A model generated the notes under the pieces. The model did not search any database, was not told the origin of the DNA, and saw only the letters and a program-made list of their open reading frames with translations. Below, piece by piece: positions 59,126 to 64,000 of a stretch of 64,000 nucleotides of DNA. The position numbers and the translations under genes are program-made. Source of the stretch: Thermodesulfobacteriota bacterium (GTDB lineage: Bacteria; Desulfobacterota; Binatia; Bin18). The DNA is taken from the NCBI GenBank assembly GCA_964291405.2, contig OZ219926.1, forward strand, positions 4,352,001-4,416,000. Reading direction: 5' to 3'. Numbering within the stretch: the stretch's first letter is position 1; each line of letters starts with the position of its first letter.

Positions 59126-59998
59126 TCATTCATAGCGCAGGTCATTCAGCCGCCAATAGACGGCCGTGTCCTTTAAGTTCTCATTCTGCTGTATCCAGTC
59201 CCAGGCGGTCCCGCCGTCCTTAGCCTGTGCCTTCGGGTCAGCGCCCGCGTCCAGTAAGACTGCCACTACTGCGGGGTTCTCATTGGACCTCACTGCCAGA
59301 TGCAGTGGGGTCCATCCGTCTTTATTCCGTGCATTGACCTCCGCCCCGGCCTCCAACAGCACCATCACCATCTCTAGGGTTGCTCTCCCCGTCGCCCAAT
59401 GCAGTGGGGTGTTGCCGTCCTTAGCCCGTGCATTGACTTCCGCCCCGGCCTCCAACAATGCTGTCACCGTCTCCGGGCTCGCTCCCCCCGTCGCGTAATG
59501 TAGTGGGGTGTTACCATATTCTTTATTCCGTGCATTGACCTCCGCTCCGGCCTCCACCAACGCCGTCACTGTCTCTGGACTTGTATTCCACGCAGCGTGG
59601 TGCAGTGGGGCGTCGCCGTCCTTAGCCCGTACATTGACCTTCGCCCCAGCCTCCAACAGCGCTGTCACCATCTCTGGGGTTGCACCCCTTGCCGCCCTAT
59701 GCAGTGGGGTCCATCCGTCTTTATTCCGTGCATTGACCTCCGCTCCGGCCTCCACCAACGCCGTCACTGTCTCCGGGCTTGCATACATCGCCGCGAAATA
59801 CAGTGGGGTCCCGCCGCCCTCGTTCCGTGCTTGAGGGTCCGCGCCTTTGGCAAGCTCGGCCTGTACGTCCGCTGGTGTGGCCGACTTCCAGAATTCCCAG
59901 TTGCACAGTCGTCCGCAGTCACCGGCCTGAGCGGGCGATAGGGTACTTGTGACAAGCATTGCCAGAGCGCCCAGAACTCGGCACAAAAATGTTGTCAT
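59126..59998 (-). CDS. Secreted ankyrin-repeat protein (six repeats)
   Basis: Signal peptide ending AQA; six repeats of about 33 aa of type G.TPLH.A......[13 protein letters not shown]; likely start MTTFL. Confidence 0.95.
   Translation of the reverse strand: MTTFLCRVLGALAMLVTSTLSPAQAGDCGRLCNWEFWKSATPADVQAELAKGADPQARNEGGGTPLYFAAMYASPETVTALVEAGAEVNARNKDGWTPLHRAARGATPEMVTALLEAGAKVNVRAKDGDAPLHHAAWNTSPETVTALVEAGAEVNARNKEYGNTPLHYATGGASPETVTALLEAGAEVNARAKDGNTPLHWATGRATLEMVMVLLEAGAEVNARNKDGWTPLHLAVRSNENPAVVAVLLDAGADPKAQAKDGGTAWDWIQQNENLKDTAVYWRLNDLRYE
59220..59830. repeat. About 99-bp coding tandem repeats of the ankyrin gene
   Basis: Recurring CCGTGCATTGACCTCCGC(T/C)CCGGCCTCCA and GCAGTGGGG at about 99-102 bp spacing. 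Confidence 0.85.
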
Positions 59999-60047
59999 CC
60001 GTATTGTTCTCGTCGCTTGTTTCAGAGCCCGTACCGCTCCAGAGCCA

Positions 60048-60983
60048 TTACGAGACGAAGTGGGGAACAATTTTTTGTCCAAAGGTCTCGACCTGCCCCA
60101 CCAACTGGTCCGGTGGAGCAACGGGCCAGAGCACGAACTTGGAGCAGCCCTCATCAATATATGCCTGGACTTTCTCCATACACATCTCTGCCGGCCCGAT
60201 CGCCGAGCGGGCGATCAGCGGTTCGGCTGACATGGTGGGAAAATCAGACAGAAACGCGCGCGCGATCTCGTCGGCCTTTTTTTGGTTCTCATTAATGTGA
60301 GTGAAGATCAGCACACCGGTTTCGTCCGGGTCCACCTCGCGGTCATACTGTTTGCCGTACGAGATCAACTTCTCCAACCCAACCGCATATTCCTGGGGAG
60401 TGACGAGCGACGGAAACCAGCCGTCACCATAGCGCGCCGTACGCTTGATAGCCAAATCGCTGCCGCCCCCAATCCAGACATCGAGCGCGCCCTTTGCCGG
60501 GCGGGGTTCAATGGTCACGTCCTCAAACTGATAAAACTCGCCCTGATGGGTCACATTGGGACCGGCCCAGAGCTTGCGCATGACTTCAACCGCTTCCGCC
60601 ATGCGTTTGCCCCGTTTTTCCAGAGGCACGCCGCATGCCTGGCAGTCTTTGGGGTCGCTCCCCAGGCCGACCGCCATGATGACTCGATTGCAGCTCCCCG
60701 ACAGATAATCCAGGGTGGCATAGGTTTTGGCAACCTGAACAGGATCGCGGGCCGGCATGGTCAACACGCTCGGGCCCATTTTGATGCGCTTCGTACGACC
60801 GGCCCACATCGCCATAATACAGGCCGTATCAAACGAAGGGTTGCGCGCCACAATATGATCGGACAGCCAGATGGAGTCGATCCCCTGATCCTCGGCCCGC
60901 TCAGCGTAGTCACAGATTGTGTCCGGACTCGGTAAGCCCAGTCCCCACAAGCCAAAGCCAATACCTATTTTCGTTCCGCCCAT
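60048..60983 (-). CDS. LLM-class oxidoreductase (F420- or FMN-dependent)
   Basis: GIDSIWLSDH, RDPVQVAKTYATLD, VWIGGGS, RTARYGDGW. Confidence 0.88.
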   Translation of the reverse strand: MGGTKIGIGFGLWGLGLPSPDTICDYAERAEDQGIDSIWLSDHIVARNPSFDTACIMAMWAGRTKRIKMGPSVLTMPARDPVQVAKTYATLDYLSGSCNRVIMAVGLGSDPKDCQACGVPLEKRGKRMAEAVEVMRKLWAGPNVTHQGEFYQFEDVTIEPRPAKGALDVWIGGGSDLAIKRTARYGDGWFPSLVTPQEYAVGLEKLISYGKQYDREVDPDETGVLIFTHINENQKKADEIARAFLSDFPTMSAEPLIARSAIGPAEMCMEKVQAYIDEGCSKFVLWPVAPPDQLVGQVETFGQKIVPHFVS

Positions 60984-61060
60984 GTGAACGCTCCCTGTTC
61001 TCGTGAAGATTGCCGGATACTGTACCAGAAAGCTCTACGGTGAGAAATGGCGGACGCCCT

Positions 61061-61714
61061 CTAGCATAACTCAGCGGCTAAATGATGCCGGTCATTCAGT
61101 GCGGCGAGCCGCCACATGGCAAAGGGGCCAAACTCGGTAAAAGTCAGGCTGTTAATAGAGGCCAGATCAATTTTGAGACGATGAACCTGAGCGAGATCAA
61201 GACCGAGCGCGGCGCAGATCGTGACCGCAATCGTCAGCGTGTGGCTGACCACGACAACCGGCCCGGTCAACTCGTGCGGGTCGAGCTGTCGCAGCCGGTC
61301 AAGAATCGGCCAGGCGCGCTGTTGAACGGCGCTTAACGGTTCACCTCCTGGTGGAGCAGTCCCGGCCGGGTCGGCCAGCCAGCGCTCAAAAAAGCCCGGA
61401 TAGTCTTGCATTAACTCCGGACCGGTCAGCCCTTCTAACCGGCCCTGGTTCCATTCCTTGAGTTCGTCATAACACTCCAGTGAGATCGTGTGCGCTTGAG
61501 CGATCAACGCCGCGGTATCGCGCGCGCGTTGCAGCGGGCTGGTCAGGATCCGACAGATGGGCTTGCGCTCAAATGTGTTCGCCACCGCCCGTGCTTGATG
61601 ACGGCCTTTCTCGGTCAGCGGGATATCCGTCACGCCCTGGCAGCGGCCCTCTTCATTCCAGGCTGTTTCTCCGTGACGGATCAGATATAGTGTCAGCGGC
61701 TGCTTGTTGGACAT
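61061..61714 (-). CDS. Histidine phosphatase family (CobC/GpmB-like)
   Basis: LIRHGETAWN, SPLQRA, PGGE, VVSH. Confidence 0.93.
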   Translation of the reverse strand: MSNKQPLTLYLIRHGETAWNEEGRCQGVTDIPLTEKGRHQARAVANTFERKPICRILTSPLQRARDTAALIAQAHTISLECYDELKEWNQGRLEGLTGPELMQDYPGFFERWLADPAGTAPPGGEPLSAVQQRAWPILDRLRQLDPHELTGPVVVVSHTLTIAVTICAALGLDLAQVHRLKIDLASINSLTFTEFGPFAMWRLAALNDRHHLAAELC

Positions 61715-61740
61715 AGTCGGGTCTCAAGACTCTCTGTGGT

Positions 61741-62040
61741 TTGATTATGGATGATAATATCCGGCTGACGCAGGACCTCCAACAGGTCGACGCTCTCGAA
61801 GCGGAATACCGCACTTGGCGGGTTGCCGTCATCCGTCTCGGACGAGGCATTGACGAGGTTGAGCGTCGCCTGTGTGAGAGGAATCAGGACGCTCACGTAC
61901 GTCCTGCTGACCTCAGGTCCAGGCTGTCCGAAGTCCGAGAGCAGCATGACAGACTCGAAGCCAGACTCGACCGCATTCGGGCGCAACTGGAAGAAGCGCA
62001 TGCGCGGTTGGAGCGGACATCCTCATCTTCCTCACGGTAA
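61741..62040 (+). CDS. Small coiled-coil hypothetical protein
   Basis: Heptad-rich helical 99-aa ORF filling the gap between two minus-strand genes. Confidence 0.55.
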   Translation: MIMDDNIRLTQDLQQVDALEAEYRTWRVAVIRLGRGIDEVERRLCERNQDAHVRPADLRSRLSEVREQHDRLEARLDRIRAQLEEAHARLERTSSSSSR

Positions 62041-62811
62041 CACCGCAATAATCCGAACCGGTGCGCCTGAGCCTTTGACGATCTTCATGGGTAGGGCAAT
62101 AAGTGTTGCCCCGCGTGGCGGCAGTTGGTCCAGATTGGCGATATTTTCCAAACCCGGTTTATTGGCCCCATTCAGAATCCGGTGCGCAATAAAATCCTGC
62201 GACTGGCCGTAGTCGAGGCTGGGCGTATCCACCCCTACCGCATCTATGTCGCGTTGCGACACAAGGAACTCGGCGGCCTCTCGTGAAAAACCCGGAAAGT
62301 GGAGATTCGCCACATCGCCCGGCTGGTCCGTGCCTAAGTAGCGTTTTTTATCCGGCCAGTACTTTCCCCAGCCGCTGAACATGAGCACGAGCGCCCCTGG
62401 GGGAATCTCGCCGTGCGTGGACTCCCAGGCCTGAATATCCGCTACGGTGACGCGGTAATCGGCGTCCTCAGCGGCCTTGGCACTGACGTCAATTACCACC
62501 GCCGGGCCGACAAGCTGTGCGACCGGTACCTCGCTGGCGGTCCGCTTGCCTTCCGCAAAATGAATCGGGGCATCCATATGCGTGCCGCTATGCTCGGCCA
62601 GACAGATATTATTGGCCGCGTACCAAAAGCCAGCGTCCGTTCTTTGGGCGGCCACGACTTCGAGTGCATACGGTTTGGCCGTGGGCCACGAGATCGTGTG
62701 TTCATCGTACGGATATGTCAGATCAATGATCTTGCTTTCGTCGAGGGCCAGTCCCGGCCGACTTATCAGCCACAGACCTAACAGCACAAACAATGTCAGG
62801 GACCGTTTCAT
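62032..62811 (-). CDS. Cyclase family (kynurenine formamidase-like) metal hydrolase with signal peptide
   Basis: EHSGTHMDAPIHF, HFPG, GVDTPSLD, ENIANL, GSGAPVR. Confidence 0.92.
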   Translation of the reverse strand: MKRSLTLFVLLGLWLISRPGLALDESKIIDLTYPYDEHTISWPTAKPYALEVVAAQRTDAGFWYAANNICLAEHSGTHMDAPIHFAEGKRTASEVPVAQLVGPAVVIDVSAKAAEDADYRVTVADIQAWESTHGEIPPGALVLMFSGWGKYWPDKKRYLGTDQPGDVANLHFPGFSREAAEFLVSQRDIDAVGVDTPSLDYGQSQDFIAHRILNGANKPGLENIANLDQLPPRGATLIALPMKIVKGSGAPVRIIAVLP

Positions 62812-62964
62812 CGATCGTCCTCCTCGGGCGTGTTGGGTTGACTATACTGTGTCGAAGAATAGCAGTCGCTGCAAGCACGACCGCGAGCGGTACCCGGATA
62901 ATACTGAATATGGGAGGAGTGCCGCGAATGGCAGATCGGTACTATATTCGCTACAAAGAGCAGC

Positions 62965-63384
62965 ATGAGAAAGTTGACTTCCCTCCAGGCGCTTGGTAGT
63001 GAATCTCGTATGAAAACGAAGCCTGTTGTGTACTCAATAGAGCAAAACCTGGGCCCGCTGGTCCGTAAAGCTCTGGAACAGGAAGTACGTTTCACGGCTC
63101 CTCTTCCCGTTGCCGACACTGCGGTCGATTTGCTTTATACGCTCCTGGACGAATCCATTTCCGTTCGCCGGGAAGAATGGGCAAAACGCGGCATATCGAT
63201 CGTCGATCAAGTTGGGAGTGGAGAGATTCGCTTGACGATCCGGCCTGGACTGCGCCGTCTCCTTCTGAGTGCGGCCGACTCGGCCGCAAGGCGGAAAGAG
63301 ACCAAGATATTTGCCGTGGATATCGCTTCGGCATTAGCCGAACACTGGTGCAAGGTCTGGCCCTTCTGCCTTCTCGTGTCGTAA
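62965..63384 (+). CDS. Hypothetical protein with histone-fold-like segments and C-terminal CxxWPFC
   Basis: SAARRKETKIFAVDIASAL resembles archaeal histone LAKHAGRKTIKAEDIELA; start may be 63010. Confidence 0.55.
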   Translation: MRKLTSLQALGSESRMKTKPVVYSIEQNLGPLVRKALEQEVRFTAPLPVADTAVDLLYTLLDESISVRREEWAKRGISIVDQVGSGEIRLTIRPGLRRLLLSAADSAARRKETKIFAVDIASALAEHWCKVWPFCLLVS

Positions 63385-63399
63385 AGCATTTTCTCCGGC

Positions 63400-63801
63400 A
63401 TGACGGACCGTGACCTCAAAGCGCTTGACGCTGCCCTGGATTTCAGTAAACAGCAGATAGCCTTTGCCGGAATCCTCTTCAGTGTAACCCTCGCGTTCTT
63501 TCCCCAATACGCAATAAAGGCGCAGGTCGGCATCCCTGCAACAACCCTTCTCTCTTGGCTCTCCCTTGTTGTTTCTATCCTGTTTGGTCTGTTTGGTGTT
63601 CTGGGCGGCTCGGCGTCTCGACTCACAAAAGAAGAACCTCAGGATGTACTCAAGAATAAGTGGGTCAGAATATGCTCAGGACTACAGACAGTGTTTCTTA
63701 TGGTTGGCATTTCCCTTATGGGCCTATCTGTGTCTTCTCTATTACAGGAGCCCCAACTGATCCGAGATCAACATTCGCTGCTCATTAACAGTATACGTTA
63801 G
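63400..63801 (+). CDS. Small membrane protein with about three TM helices
   Basis: Three hydrophobic stretches; starts 15 nt after the previous stop. Confidence 0.7.
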   Translation: MTDRDLKALDAALDFSKQQIAFAGILFSVTLAFFPQYAIKAQVGIPATTLLSWLSLVVSILFGLFGVLGGSASRLTKEEPQDVLKNKWVRICSGLQTVFLMVGISLMGLSVSSLLQEPQLIRDQHSLLINSIR

Positions 63802-63842
63802 AGTTCGTTGGGCTAGCCGCATAAGCAGACAAGGAGATCGTT

Positions 63843-64000
63843 ATGATTCGCGAATATAAATTCCCCATGCTTGAAAAAGTGATCTTTGGGGTTGGAGCGC
63901 TGGAAAAAGTCACCGAAGAACTGGACCGCTTGGGCAAGAAACGGGCGCTCATCCTGACGGGCCACAGCCTTTCGACCAAGACCGATCTGGTGAAAAAACT
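63843..64000 (+). CDS. Iron-containing alcohol dehydrogenase family protein, 5' part only
   Basis: Hand translation MIREYKFPMLEKVIFGVGALEKVTEELDRLGKKRALILTGHSL; AAGGAG RBS; runs off the window. Confidence 0.8.
   Translation, partial: MIREYKFPMLEKVIFGVGALEKVTEELDRLGKKRALILTGHSLSTKTDLVKK

Noticed and set aside
59220-59830. Regularly spaced repeats considered as a CRISPR array
   Set aside because: The period is about 99 bp and in frame, encoding ankyrin repeats; there are no unique spacers or cas genes.
59999-60157. N-terminal extension of the ankyrin ORF
   Set aside because: It overlaps the LLM gene; the signal peptide begins at 59998.

Overview
A GC-rich bacterial chromosomal window. The housekeeping backbone contains amtB, dxr, a squalene/phytoene synthase, ribBA-like, hslO, aroE, ppdK, recO, grpE-dnaK-dnaJ, thiL, larB, rpsU-dnaG, tRNA-Ile2(CAT), a C4 zinc-ribbon protein, RNase P RNA, folE and an acyl-CoA carboxyltransferase. 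It is interleaved with catabolic genes: four luciferase-like monooxygenases, three family III CoA-transferases, a thiolase-like/DUF35 pair and an amidohydrolase. Gene content plus a secreted ankyrin-repeat protein suggest a Deltaproteobacteria-like (possibly Binatia) host-associated organism, perhaps a sponge symbiont; this is inference only. The best candidate for an undescribed system is an AT-richer, translationally coupled four-gene operon at 3968-8219 (putative multi-winged-helix protein, AAA+ ATPase, enlarged PIN-domain nuclease, amino-DNA methyltransferase). It looks like a methylation-linked anti-phage system and matches no named system I recognise. The second candidate is a histone-fold-like protein ending in CxxWPFC, paired with a small membrane protein (62965-63801). 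Other notable items: an AMIN-TolC fusion, a CoA-transferase pair in which one partner has lost the catalytic Asp, nested TA-flanked MITE/REP elements, two orphan antitoxins and tandem ClC paralogues. I saw no CRISPR array, rRNA, integrase or transposase. All calls are by-eye motif recognition; no searches were run.
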